Source: Bacteroidaceae bacterium
Lineage (GTDB): Bacteria > Bacteroidota > Bacteroidia > Bacteroidales > Barnesiellaceae_A
Length of the DNA stretch: 64,000 nt
Direction of reading: 5' to 3'
NCBI GenBank assembly: GCA_017481745.1
Contig: JAFUOV010000005.1
Location: forward strand, 232-64,231
Both the position numbers and the translations under genes were made by a program. Positions 43,258 through 53,217 of the stretch are shown piece by piece. The notes beneath the pieces are model-generated. The model ran no database searches, was not told the origin of the DNA, and saw only the letters and a list, made by a program, of their open reading frames with translations. The first letter of the stretch is position 1. Every line of letters begins with the position of its first letter.

Positions 43258-45582
43258 GTGGAAAAATCCCTTTTACAAAATCTCAATTCGGCGCAACGCG
43301 ATGCTGTTCTCTATACCGACGGACCTCAGTTGGTCATTGCCGGCGCAGGTTCGGGAAAGACTCGCGTGCTCACCTATAAGATTGCATATCTGCTCTCGCA
43401 AGGCTATGAGCCGTGGCGTATATTGGCACTTACATTCACAATTAAGGCTGCCAACGAAATGAAAGAGCGTATTGCTCGGTTGGTGGGACGTGAGGTGGCT
43501 GCCCGGTTGTGGATGGGAACATTCCACTCTATCTTCTCTCGCATACTGCATGCCAATGCCGAGCGCTTGAATTTCCGTAGCGATTTCACTATATACGACA
43601 CTGCCGACTCACGCTCGCTGCTCAAAACCATTATCAAGGAGATGCAGCTCGACGACAAGATATACAAGCCGGCAACCGTTCAGAGCATCATATCGAATGC
43701 CAAGAATGCACTTATTACCCCATCATTGTATAGCACCAATGCCGAGTTGCTCGAGATGGACCGCAAGCAGAAGCGCCCTATGATGCACAACATCTATCGT
43801 ACCTATTGGGAGCGATGCTTCCGTGCCGGAGCAATGGACTTTGACGACTTGTTGCTCTATACCAATATACTCTTTCGCGACCACCCCGATGTGGCGCAGA
43901 AATACCGCGATTTGTTCCGTTATGTCTTGGTTGACGAGTATCAAGATACCAACTTCTCGCAGCATCTTATTGTCAATCAATTGTGCCGCGAACATGGTCG
44001 ATTGTGCGTGGTGGGTGATGATGCACAGAGCATCTACTCGTTTCGTGGTGCCAATATAGGCAATATACTCAATCTTAAAAACGAGTATAAGGGCTTGCAA
44101 ATCAATAAGCTGGAACAGAATTATCGCTCGACGCAGAACATTGTCGATGCTGCCAATAGCCTCATCAGCAAGAACAAAGAGCAAATACGCAAGCGCGTAT
44201 TCTCCGAGAAAGAGCGTGGTAGCAAAGTGGCAGTATTTGCCTCATATTCCGATTTTGAAGAGGGCTATCTTGTTGCCAATCGTATCAAGGAGATGCACTT
44301 GCTCAACAGTACGCCGTACAACGATTTTGCCATACTCTACCGCACCAACGCACAGTCGCGTGTGCTTGAGGAGGCATTGCGCAAGCGCAATATGCCCTAT
44401 CGTATCTATGGTGGTCTTTCGTTCTATCAACGCAAAGAGATTAAAGATGCTGTGGCATATATGCGCCTTACCATCAATCCCAATGACGAGGAGGCTTTCA
44501 AGCGTGTTGTCAACTATCCGGCGCGAGGTATTGGCGAGACTACCGTTGGCAAGATACTTGCTTGTGCGCAGCTGCACAACGTAGGGGTGTGGAGCGTATT
44601 GTCCGATCCTACCGAGTACAACCTGCAAATAAATTCGGGTACTCGCACCAAGCTTGCCGCCTTCCGCGATTTGATACAGGGCTTCAGCGATAGTGCCGGC
44701 GAGAAGTCTATATACGATTTGGTCGAGCATATCTTGCAGCGCTCGGGCATCATTGCCGATATATACACATCCGATACACCCGAAAATATAAGCCGACAAG
44801 AAAATATACAGGAGTTGCTCGGTGGTGTGATGGAGTTCTATTCTTTGCGTCAGGAGGAAGGAAACGAGGCTGTTACGCTATCCGACTTTCTCGCCGAGAT
44901 TTCTCTCATTACCGACCAAGACAAGGGCGATGAGCAAGACGACGATAAAGTAACGCTCATGACCATACACTCGGCAAAGGGATTGGAGTTTCGCAATGTC
45001 TTTATTACCGGTCTTGAAGAAGACCTCTTTCCCTCGGCAATGTGTGTAGAGAGTCTGCAGCAAATCGAGGAGGAGCGCCGGCTGCTATATGTAGCCATCA
45101 CGCGTGCGCAAGAAAATTGCATCCTAACCTATGCGCACACACGCTTCCGCAATGGCAAGACCAATACTTGTCGCCCCAGCCGTTTCCTGAAAGACCTCGA
45201 TACGCAATATGTCAATATGCCCGACGAAGCGCCGGTATCGACCACCAAGTCGCCCTATGCCGATGCACCTTGGCGTAGCCAATATACATCGTTCGAGCGC
45301 AGTTTCAAAGCTCCGACAAAGCCATCGACCCTCAAACCTATCGAAAATTCGCGCCGCATTGTTACCGCCGAGCAGCCTGTCGCCCCGACTCAGCAACGCG
45401 ATAGTGTAATGTCGGGTGCCGGTACGTTGCGTGTGAGTGCGCGTATCCGTCATGAACGCTTCGGATTGGGTACGGTCGAGGCAATAGAAGGCGTGGGCGA
45501 CAACTGCAAGATAAGTGTTGCCTTCGACAACGTAGGTCGCAAGCAACTACTACTGAAATTTGCCAAATTTACAATCCTCTAA
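43258..45582 (+). CDS. ATP-dependent DNA helicase, UvrD/PcrA/Rep family
   Basis: SF1 motifs AGAGSGKT, VDEYQDTN, TIHSAKGLEF, YVAITRA; GTG start. Confidence 0.9.
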   Translation: MEKSLLQNLNSAQRDAVLYTDGPQLVIAGAGSGKTRVLTYKIAYLLSQGYEPWRILALTFTIKAANEMKERIARLVGREVAARLWMGTFHSIFSRILHANAERLNFRSDFTIYDTADSRSLLKTIIKEMQLDDKIYKPATVQSIISNAKNALITPSLYSTNAELLEMDRKQKRPMMHNIYRTYWERCFRAGAMDFDDLLLYTNILFRDHPDVAQKYRDLFRYVLVDEYQDTNFSQHLIVNQLCREHGRLCVVGDDAQSIYSFRGANIGNILNLKNEYKGLQINKLEQNYRSTQNIVDAANSLISKNKEQIRKRVFSEKERGSKVAVFASYSDFEEGYLVANRIKEMHLLNSTPYNDFAILYRTNAQSRVLEEALRKRNMPYRIYGGLSFYQRKEIKDAVAYMRLTINPNDEEAFKRVVNYPARGIGETTVGKILACAQLHNVGVWSVLSDPTEYNLQINSGTRTKLAAFRDLIQGFSDSAGEKSIYDLVEHILQRSGIIADIYTSDTPENISRQENIQELLGGVMEFYSLRQEEGNEAVTLSDFLAEISLITDQDKGDEQDDDKVTLMTIHSAKGLEFRNVFITGLEEDLFPSAMCVESLQQIEEERRLLYVAITRAQENCILTYAHTRFRNGKTNTCRPSRFLKDLDTQYVNMPDEAPVSTTKSPYADAPWRSQYTSFERSFKAPTKPSTLKPIENSRRIVTAEQPVAPTQQRDSVMSGAGTLRVSARIRHERFGLGTVEAIEGVGDNCKISVAFDNVGRKQLLLKFAKFTIL

Positions 45583-45613
45583 ACACTCAACTTTAAACAC
45601 TCAACACTCAACA
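45577..45613 (-). repeat. Heptad array (TTGAGTG/TTTAGAG type, inverted) filling the whole uvrD-like/nspC intergenic spacer
   Basis: CTCTAAA CACTCAA CTTTAAA CACTCAA CACTCAA; the uvrD-like TAA stop lies in the first heptad. Confidence 0.7.
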
Positions 45614-45615
45614 AA

Positions 45616-46743
45616 ATGCAAATACCTTCACCCTGTTATGTTCTCGAAGAGGCGCTTTTGCGTCGCAATCTTGCTCTCATCAAGTCGGTAAAAGAGCGTG
45701 CCGGTGTCGAAATTATTTTGGCATTCAAGGCATTTGCTTTATGGGAAGCTTTTCCTATAGTGCGTGAATATATCCCCACGTCTACTGCAAGTTCCATACA
45801 CGAAGCACGCTTGGCATACGAAGAGTTGGGCTGCTTGGCTCACACCTATTCGCCTGCCTACACCGATGAAACTTTCGACAATATTTTGCGTTACAGCAGC
45901 CACATTACGTTCAATTCATTGACACAGTTTGAGCGCTTCATCCCGCGTGTCAATGCCTATGAGCGCCATATCTCTTGTGGCTTGCGCATCAACCCCGAGT
46001 TTTCCGATGTAGAGACCGACCTCTACAATCCATGTGCGCCGGGTTCGCGCTTGGGTGTTATAGCCGACCACTTGCCTGCTACCTTACCGGCAGGAGTTGA
46101 GGGATTGCACTTCCACACGTTATGCGAATCGACGTCGTACGATCTTGAGCGCACACTTGCAGTGGTAGAAGAGCGTTTCGCACCTTGGTTGTCGCAGGTA
46201 AAATGGCTCAATATGGGTGGTGGACACTTGATGACCCGCAAGGGCTACGATGTAGAACATCTTATCAAAGTGTTGACCGATTTCCGTACTCGTCATCCAC
46301 ACTTGCACATTATCATGGAGCCGGGTAGCGCCTTTGCTTGGCAAACCGGTACTCTGCACACAACTGTTGTCGATATTGTCGAAAATCATGGTATTAAAAC
46401 AGCCATACTTGATGCCTCGTTTGCCTGTCATATGCCCGACTGCCTTGAGATGCCCTACAAACCTGCCATTCGCGGTGCTAAGGAAGCCGGTGAGTTGGCA
46501 TACGACTATCGTATGGGCGGAAACTCTTGCTTGAGTGGCGACTTTGTGGGCGATTGGAGTTTCGACCACCCGTTGCAGATAGGTGAGCGCATTATATTTG
46601 AAGATATGATACACTATACGATTGTAAAGACAACAATGTTCAATGGTGTACCACATCCTTCGTTGGCTATGATAAATGTCAATGGCGATGTTGAGATATG
46701 GAAACATTTCACATACCAAGACTATAAAAATAGAATGGGATAA
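45616..46743 (+). CDS. nspC: Carboxynorspermidine decarboxylase
   Basis: MQIPSPCYVLEE opening and alanine-racemase-fold decarboxylase layout typical of NspC; 375 aa. Confidence 0.82.
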   Translation: MQIPSPCYVLEEALLRRNLALIKSVKERAGVEIILAFKAFALWEAFPIVREYIPTSTASSIHEARLAYEELGCLAHTYSPAYTDETFDNILRYSSHITFNSLTQFERFIPRVNAYERHISCGLRINPEFSDVETDLYNPCAPGSRLGVIADHLPATLPAGVEGLHFHTLCESTSYDLERTLAVVEERFAPWLSQVKWLNMGGGHLMTRKGYDVEHLIKVLTDFRTRHPHLHIIMEPGSAFAWQTGTLHTTVVDIVENHGIKTAILDASFACHMPDCLEMPYKPAIRGAKEAGELAYDYRMGGNSCLSGDFVGDWSFDHPLQIGERIIFEDMIHYTIVKTTMFNGVPHPSLAMINVNGDVEIWKHFTYQDYKNRMG

Positions 46744-46856
46744 GCCCTTTTCGGTAGTTCCGAATATACACTTTATTCAAAATATCGAAATAGCTTTTTG
46801 CAATTTATAACTATAAAAAGGTGCAAAAAGTTTTGGTCTTTTGGTCATAAGTCGCT

Positions 46857-46864
46857 TATCTTTG
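46857..46864 (+). promoter_or_regulatory. Orphan -7 promoter box TATCTTTG
   Basis: Exact TAnnTTTG match with no credible CDS downstream before the terminator at 46943. Confidence 0.35.
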
Positions 46865-46942
46865 TCATGCAACAAAAGCAAAAAGAGTAAATTCAGTTTC
46901 ATAATGCCAAATGCCACTGAGAAGTGGGGTAAATGGAAGAGG

Positions 46943-46982
46943 CTGTGTCAAAATGAAAATTTTGGCACAGTTTCTTTTTTTT
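46943..46982 (+). terminator. Strong intrinsic terminator
   Basis: 12-bp stem CTGTGTCAAAAT/ATTTTGGCACAG, GAAA loop, then TTTCTTTTTTTT. Confidence 0.8.
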
Positions 46983-47035
46983 GCACAAAGTCCCGACTTC
47001 CCCAAGCCGAGACTTTGTTATAAGAAACAAAAAAA

Positions 47036-47057
47036 GGAACGCGTGAAAACGTGTTCC
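47036..47057 (-). terminator. Intrinsic terminator of tRNA-Lys
   Basis: Stem GGAACGCG/CGTGTTCC; TTTTTTTGTTT follows on the minus strand. Confidence 0.7.
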
Positions 47058-47067
47058 TTCTTTTCTG

Positions 47068-47140
47068 TGATCCGCCTGGGGCTCGAACCCAGGACCCCAA
47101 CATTAAAAGTGTTGTGCTCTACCAGCTGAGCTAGCGAATC
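47068..47140 (-). tRNA. tRNA-Lys (anticodon TTT)
   Basis: The reverse complement folds as GATTCGC-TA-GCTC..GAGC-A-CAACA-CTTTTAA-TGTTG-GGGTC-CTGGG-TTCGAGC-CCCAG-GCGGATC-A. Confidence 0.92.
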
Positions 47141-47241
47141 ATCATTGTGCTTTTCCTTAAAAGCGATGCAAAGGTAGTGCTTTTCTATATACCTACCAAA
47201 TTTTGATAGAGATAGTTTTGTTAACAAAAGTTAAGCGTGTG

Positions 47242-48369
47242 CTAACTATCTTGTTCTGTGTTTGTTAAGTCTGTGCTTTCTTCTGTGTTTCCTTGCTCTA
47301 TGATGTAGCGTTGGTAGTAGGATAGTAGCAATGAGGTGAGGGGTAGGGCTATGATTATGCCTATAAATCCGAGCAGTGAGCCCCAAATGGAGAGCGACAG
47401 GAGTATGATGGCGGGGTTTAGTCCTGTTGCGTTGCCCATGATGCGAGGTATAAGGAAGCCATCTTGTATGATTTGTGCTATTATAAACACCGCTACCGTA
47501 AGTCCTGCCAGCAGCCAGAAGTTACCACCACCGTCGGCTGCGCCTATTATACATAGTATAGCTGCCGGTATGTAGCTGAGTATCTGCATATAGGGTACAA
47601 GATTGAGCAGACCTACCAGTATGCCCAACGGTATTGCCATGGGTAGTCCTATGATGAGAAATCCTATGCAATGTAGTAACCCTACGACGGTTGCAATGAG
47701 TGCTTGCCCGCGGAAGTAGCGATTCATGCTCTCTTTTACATCGTTGCCTATGCGTGCTACGGTGTTGCGGTATTGCTTGGGTATGAGCTTGCCAAAGCCT
47801 TTGATAATGCTGTCGTAGTCTTGCAGTATGAAAAATATGTATAGTAGTACAATACCCCAACTGATGAGTGTTGCTATGCCATGAACCGATGTTGTGAACA
47901 CATGATGCAGTTGCTTGGCAAGTTCTTGTCCCAAGTTCATCCATTGGTCGTGGCTCAGTAGTGCGCTTATCTTTTCGAGCGTAATGTGTTGTCGCAAAAA
48001 ATCTTGCAGCGCAATAGGTAAGAATGGTATTTTTTCGGTCGAATTGACATAGACGGTGAGCAGGTGGTATAGATGCTGCGTTTCGTTTATGATCATGGGC
48101 ACAACAATGAGCCCTATCATGGTGAGTGCTATGGCTATTTCGGCAAAAGTGATGAGTATGGCAAGGATGCGCTTGGGCAGTCGCATGATGCGTGCGTTCC
48201 ACTCGACAAGCGGATTTATCATATATGCTATGAGCCATGCCACAAGGAAGGGTAATAGTACCCCCTTGAGCCGGTTGAGCAGTAATATAATACCCACAAC
48301 GACAACGAGTGCTATAACAATGCGCACAACGCGATCGAAGGTGTAGGGCTTACGAGCATTATTTTCCAT
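47242..48369 (-). CDS. AI-2E family transporter (PerM/UPF0118)
   Basis: 375 aa, 7-8 TM helices, conserved NLVPY and GLNP..ILLSL motifs. Confidence 0.82.
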   Translation of the reverse strand: MENNARKPYTFDRVVRIVIALVVVVGIILLLNRLKGVLLPFLVAWLIAYMINPLVEWNARIMRLPKRILAILITFAEIAIALTMIGLIVVPMIINETQHLYHLLTVYVNSTEKIPFLPIALQDFLRQHITLEKISALLSHDQWMNLGQELAKQLHHVFTTSVHGIATLISWGIVLLYIFFILQDYDSIIKGFGKLIPKQYRNTVARIGNDVKESMNRYFRGQALIATVVGLLHCIGFLIIGLPMAIPLGILVGLLNLVPYMQILSYIPAAILCIIGAADGGGNFWLLAGLTVAVFIIAQIIQDGFLIPRIMGNATGLNPAIILLSLSIWGSLLGFIGIIIALPLTSLLLSYYQRYIIEQGNTEESTDLTNTEQDS

Positions 48370-48425
48370 GTAGATATAACGTATGTGCCTGTGTTATGGT
48401 TGGTGCAGAGGAGCAGCAGGCGATA

Positions 48426-49013
48426 TTACATCTCGCCTTTCTCTTTCATGCGGCGCAAGTAGCATTTGCGGCAGAGGGGCTGATACTCGTTCTTCTCGCC
48501 AAGCAACACGCGGCGGTCGCTGTCGACAAGACGGTATGAGTAGTTGGCTGTGTGTCCGCACTCTACGCATATGGCGTGCACCTTGCTTACGTCGTCGGCA
48601 AGCGACAACAAGGCGGGCATAGGACCGAATGGTACGCGGCGGAAGTCCATGTCAAGACCGGCTACAATTACGCGAATACCGTTGTCCGATAGCTGTGCGC
48701 ACACTTCGGCAAGACCGTCGTCAAAGAATTGAGCCTCGTCAATACCCACAACATCTACATCGTTGGTCATCAATAGGATGCTACGTGAGTTGTCTACCGG
48801 TGTAGAGTGTATAGCGTTGCTGTCGTGCGATACTACCTCGTCGTCCGAGTAGCGCTTGTCGACTGCCGGTTTGAATATTTCCACTCTTTGGCGTGCAATC
48901 TTGGCACGTTTCAGTCGGCGAATGAGTTCTTCGGTTTTTCCAGAGAACATCGAGCCGCATATCACCTCTATACAGCCACGGCGGCTGGTTTCGTAATTGT
49001 CTTCGTTGAACAT
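48426..49013 (-). CDS. tdk: Thymidine kinase
   Basis: [15 protein letters not shown]-loop, IDEAQFF, C-terminal zinc-ribbon Cys pairs. Confidence 0.93.
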   Translation of the reverse strand: MFNEDNYETSRRGCIEVICGSMFSGKTEELIRRLKRAKIARQRVEIFKPAVDKRYSDDEVVSHDSNAIHSTPVDNSRSILLMTNDVDVVGIDEAQFFDDGLAEVCAQLSDNGIRVIVAGLDMDFRRVPFGPMPALLSLADDVSKVHAICVECGHTANYSYRLVDSDRRVLLGEKNEYQPLCRKCYLRRMKEKGEM

Positions 49014-49148
49014 AATGTTTTGTGTGTTTTTTTATGGGCTGTAAAAGTACAATTTTTATATTTTATATGCAAACTTGCTCGAGAGTAAAAACATTATTTT
49101 GATTTTTAATTGTGTATGTATGGTAATTAGTTTAAATTTGTGTCGTAA

Positions 49149-50312
<1,164 letters not shown>

Positions 50313-50355
50313 AAAATAAAGCGCTCTTACATATTGTTTATTACAACAACTGTTG

Positions 50356-50363
50356 TACCTTTG
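50356..50363 (+). promoter_or_regulatory. -7 promoter box TACCTTTG upstream of marR
   Basis: Exact TAnnTTTG match 23 nt upstream of ATG 50386, flanked by the small palindromes ACAACA-AC-TGTTGT and ATTGCAAT. Confidence 0.5.
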
Positions 50364-50385
50364 CATAGTTGTAATTGCAATAGTT

Positions 50386-50853
50386 ATGGATATAAACTTT
50401 TCTACATTTAGCCCCGAAATGCTGTTTTCGATGATCAGTGGCAAGCTGTCGGCAGCCATCAGTCGTCGTTTGTATCGTGTGTTCCGTCGTGAAGGTATAG
50501 AAGTAACACCCGAGCAATGGACGGTGATGTACTATCTGTGGACACGCGATGGTGTAACGCAACAAGAGTTGTGCAACCTCACCTTTAAGGATAAGCCCAG
50601 CATGACACGCCTCATAGACAATCTCGAGAAACTGCATTGCGTAGAGCGTATTCCCAGCAAGCAAGATCGTCGCATCAACATCATAAAGCTCACCGATAAG
50701 GGTCGCAGCCTGGAGCCTGTTACCAAACCCATTGTAATGGGTGTGATACGTGAGGCGTTGACAACCTTGTCGCAAGAGGATATCGAGGTGGCATGTCGTG
50801 TGTTGGTGTGTATATTTGACAATTTGCGTAATTCGCTGGAAACCAATGAGTAA
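50386..50853 (+). CDS. MarR-family transcriptional regulator
   Basis: wHTH pattern QWTVMYYLW..DGVTQQELCN...DKPSMTRLIDNLEK..V.R..S..DRR. Confidence 0.8.
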   Translation: MDINFSTFSPEMLFSMISGKLSAAISRRLYRVFRREGIEVTPEQWTVMYYLWTRDGVTQQELCNLTFKDKPSMTRLIDNLEKLHCVERIPSKQDRRINIIKLTDKGRSLEPVTKPIVMGVIREALTTLSQEDIEVACRVLVCIFDNLRNSLETNE

Positions 50854-51868
50854 TATATTTTCTATGCGACAAGCCCTTTTGTGGCTTGTTTGTGCTGTGG
50901 CATTTGTATGCCCGGCGCAATATTATCAACCCGATGTGTTGGGTGGTAACTACGAGCAACATACGTTTGTCATGCCCGACGACTATCATGGCAAGGTGGT
51001 ATCGACCCTTGTGCGCTGCTTGGTTCCCGATACATCACATCGTGCTGTGCTCTATGTGCATGGCTATAACGATTACTTTTCGCAAGACGAAATGGCACAG
51101 AAGTTTGTCGAAAACGGATATAATTTCTATGCGATAGACTTGCGTAAGTATGGGCGCTCGTTGCGCGATGGTCAGTTTGAATATGAGGCACGCGACATGA
51201 GCGAGTATTTTGCCGATATCGACTCGGCATTGGCTGTTGTACGTCGTGAAGGAAATGAGCAAGTTGTGCTCATGGGACACTCGACGGGTGGTCTTACCAC
51301 ATCGCTCTACTGCCAAGCACATCGCGAAGAAGCTCCTGTCGATGCATTGATACTCAACAGCCCGTTTTTCGAGTGGAATTTCAATGCATTGTATCGCAAC
51401 GTTCTTATACCAGCGGTGGCATTTATAGGTAAGTTTTTCCCCGATTGGGGCTTGCCCGATGCAACACGTATATCGCCCTATGCCAAGACCCTGCTCAAGC
51501 AATATAATGGCGAGTGGGAGTTTAATACCGAGTGGAAGAAGCCGATGTCGCGTGGAGAGCGATTTGGTTGGATACGTGCCATAGATCGTGGTCATGATGT
51601 CGTACACAACGATATGAACCTTTCTATCCCGGTATTGCTGTTACGCTCCGACAAAACTATACGAGGTAAAGAGTGGACTCCCGAATTTCATACAGGCGAT
51701 GCTGTGCTCGATGTGGAGCATATATCGAAATATGGTTGCAAGATAGGTGCGCAAGTTACTGAAGTAATCATTGACGATGCCTTGCACGATGTCTTTTTGT
51801 CGCGTAAAGATGTGCGTGAAGAGGCATATAAAGCCACGTTTGAGTGGTTACATAAGGAGGTAAAATAG
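50846..51868 (+). CDS. Alpha/beta hydrolase (lysophospholipase/monoglyceride-lipase-like)
   Basis: VHGYNDY, GHSTGG nucleophile elbow, C-terminal HD; the ATG overlaps the marR stop by 8 nt. Confidence 0.7.
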   Translation: MSNIFSMRQALLWLVCAVAFVCPAQYYQPDVLGGNYEQHTFVMPDDYHGKVVSTLVRCLVPDTSHRAVLYVHGYNDYFSQDEMAQKFVENGYNFYAIDLRKYGRSLRDGQFEYEARDMSEYFADIDSALAVVRREGNEQVVLMGHSTGGLTTSLYCQAHREEAPVDALILNSPFFEWNFNALYRNVLIPAVAFIGKFFPDWGLPDATRISPYAKTLLKQYNGEWEFNTEWKKPMSRGERFGWIRAIDRGHDVVHNDMNLSIPVLLLRSDKTIRGKEWTPEFHTGDAVLDVEHISKYGCKIGAQVTEVIIDDALHDVFLSRKDVREEAYKATFEWLHKEVK

Positions 51869-52345
51869 ATGAAAATAAACAAAACCAATGCTGCACGATT
51901 GCTCGATAAAGCCAAGATAGCGTATGAATTGATACCCTATGCGGTCGATGAAAACAATCTGGCAGCCGACCACGTTGCCCAAGAGTTGGGCGAGAATATC
52001 GAACAGGTGTTCAAAACCCTTGTCTTGCGAGGCGACAAGAGTGGTATATTTGTATGTGTAGTGCCCGGTAATCGAGAGGTCAACCTCAAGCAAGCCGCCC
52101 GAATATCGGGCAACAAAAGCGCTGAAATGATAGCAATGAAAGAGTTGCTGCCTACGACAGGATATATACGTGGAGGCTGTTCGCCCATAGGCATGAAGAA
52201 GGCTTTTCCTACCTATATACATGCTACATGCATGGACTTTGCATACATCTATATCAGTGCCGGAGTACGAGGCTTGCAGATAAAAATTGCCCCATCCGAT
52301 TTGGTGCGTTTTGTACGTGCTACGGTGGGAGAGATTGCCGAGTAA
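51869..52345 (+). CDS. ybaK: Cys-tRNA(Pro)/Cys-tRNA(Cys) deacylase
   Basis: YbaK-domain motifs (KTLVLRGD, GGCSPIG), 158 aa. Confidence 0.85.
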   Translation: MKINKTNAARLLDKAKIAYELIPYAVDENNLAADHVAQELGENIEQVFKTLVLRGDKSGIFVCVVPGNREVNLKQAARISGNKSAEMIAMKELLPTTGYIRGGCSPIGMKKAFPTYIHATCMDFAYIYISAGVRGLQIKIAPSDLVRFVRATVGEIAE

Positions 52346-52419
52346 TGGCTCTCATGTGAAAACAAAATTGTAACTTCGCACTCCCAATATCACGATTAAA
52401 TAATAAAACAGAATATAAA

Positions 52420-53211
52420 ATGACACAACATACCAAAGAAGAGAAACTTGCCGCATTCGGTCGTCTGCTCGATGTGCTCGACGAGTTGCGTGTAAAATGC
52501 CCATGGGATCGCAAACAGACCAACGAAAGTCTGCGCCCCAACACGATTGAAGAGACCTACGAGTTGTGCGAGGCAATAATCAAATGCGACAACGAAGCCA
52601 TCAAAAAAGAGCTTGGCGATGTGTTGTTGCACGTGGTTTTCTACTCGAAGATAGGCGAGGAGCAAGGATTGTACGATGTTGCCGATGTGTGCAATGCCCT
52701 GTGCGACAAGTTGATATTTCGTCATCCCCACGTCTTTGGCGATGTGAGTGTCGACGGCTCACGACAAGTCGAGCAAAATTGGGAACAGATAAAGCTCAAA
52801 GAGAAAGGCGGTAACAAAACCGTATTGGCAGGTGTGCCCGGAGGTTTGCCTGCATTGGTAAAGGCGTATCGAGTGCAAGAGAAGGCTTGCAACGTGGGCT
52901 TCGATTGGGAGTCGCGTGAGCAAGTTTGGGATAAAGTGCGCGAGGAGTTGAACGAGTTGATTACCGAGGTTGAGCGTGGCGACAGTGATAACATGGAAGC
53001 CGAGATGGGCGATTTTATCTTCAGTATTGTCAATGCTGCCCGATTGTATAAAATTAACCCCGATAATGCCCTTGAACGCACCAATCAGAAGTTTATACGC
53101 CGGTTTAACTATGTAGAACAAGCTGCCCTCAATCAAGGCAAAAATCTGAAAGAGATGACCCTTGCCGAGATGGATGCATTGTGGAACGAAGCTAAAACAA
53201 AAGGACTGTAA
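52420..53211 (+). CDS. mazG: Nucleoside triphosphate pyrophosphohydrolase MazG
   Basis: Tandem MazG domains: CPWDRKQT, EETYEL, ELGDVLL and the second EEL.E..MGD repeat. Confidence 0.9.
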   Translation: MTQHTKEEKLAAFGRLLDVLDELRVKCPWDRKQTNESLRPNTIEETYELCEAIIKCDNEAIKKELGDVLLHVVFYSKIGEEQGLYDVADVCNALCDKLIFRHPHVFGDVSVDGSRQVEQNWEQIKLKEKGGNKTVLAGVPGGLPALVKAYRVQEKACNVGFDWESREQVWDKVREELNELITEVERGDSDNMEAEMGDFIFSIVNAARLYKINPDNALERTNQKFIRRFNYVEQAALNQGKNLKEMTLAEMDALWNEAKTKGL

Positions 53212-53217
53212 TACGAT

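Noticed and set aside
42120-43286. 388-aa ORF antisense to the aldehyde dehydrogenase gene
   Set aside because: Shadow ORF; no motifs.
46841-47129. 60-72-aa ORFs between nspC and tRNA-Lys
   Set aside because: They read through two terminator hairpins and into the tRNA-Lys gene on the opposite strand, so they are not credible proteins.
47068-47140. tRNA-Lys as a genomic-island attachment site
   Set aside because: There is no integrase, no direct repeat of the tRNA 3' end, and no compositional break in the adjacent genes within this window.
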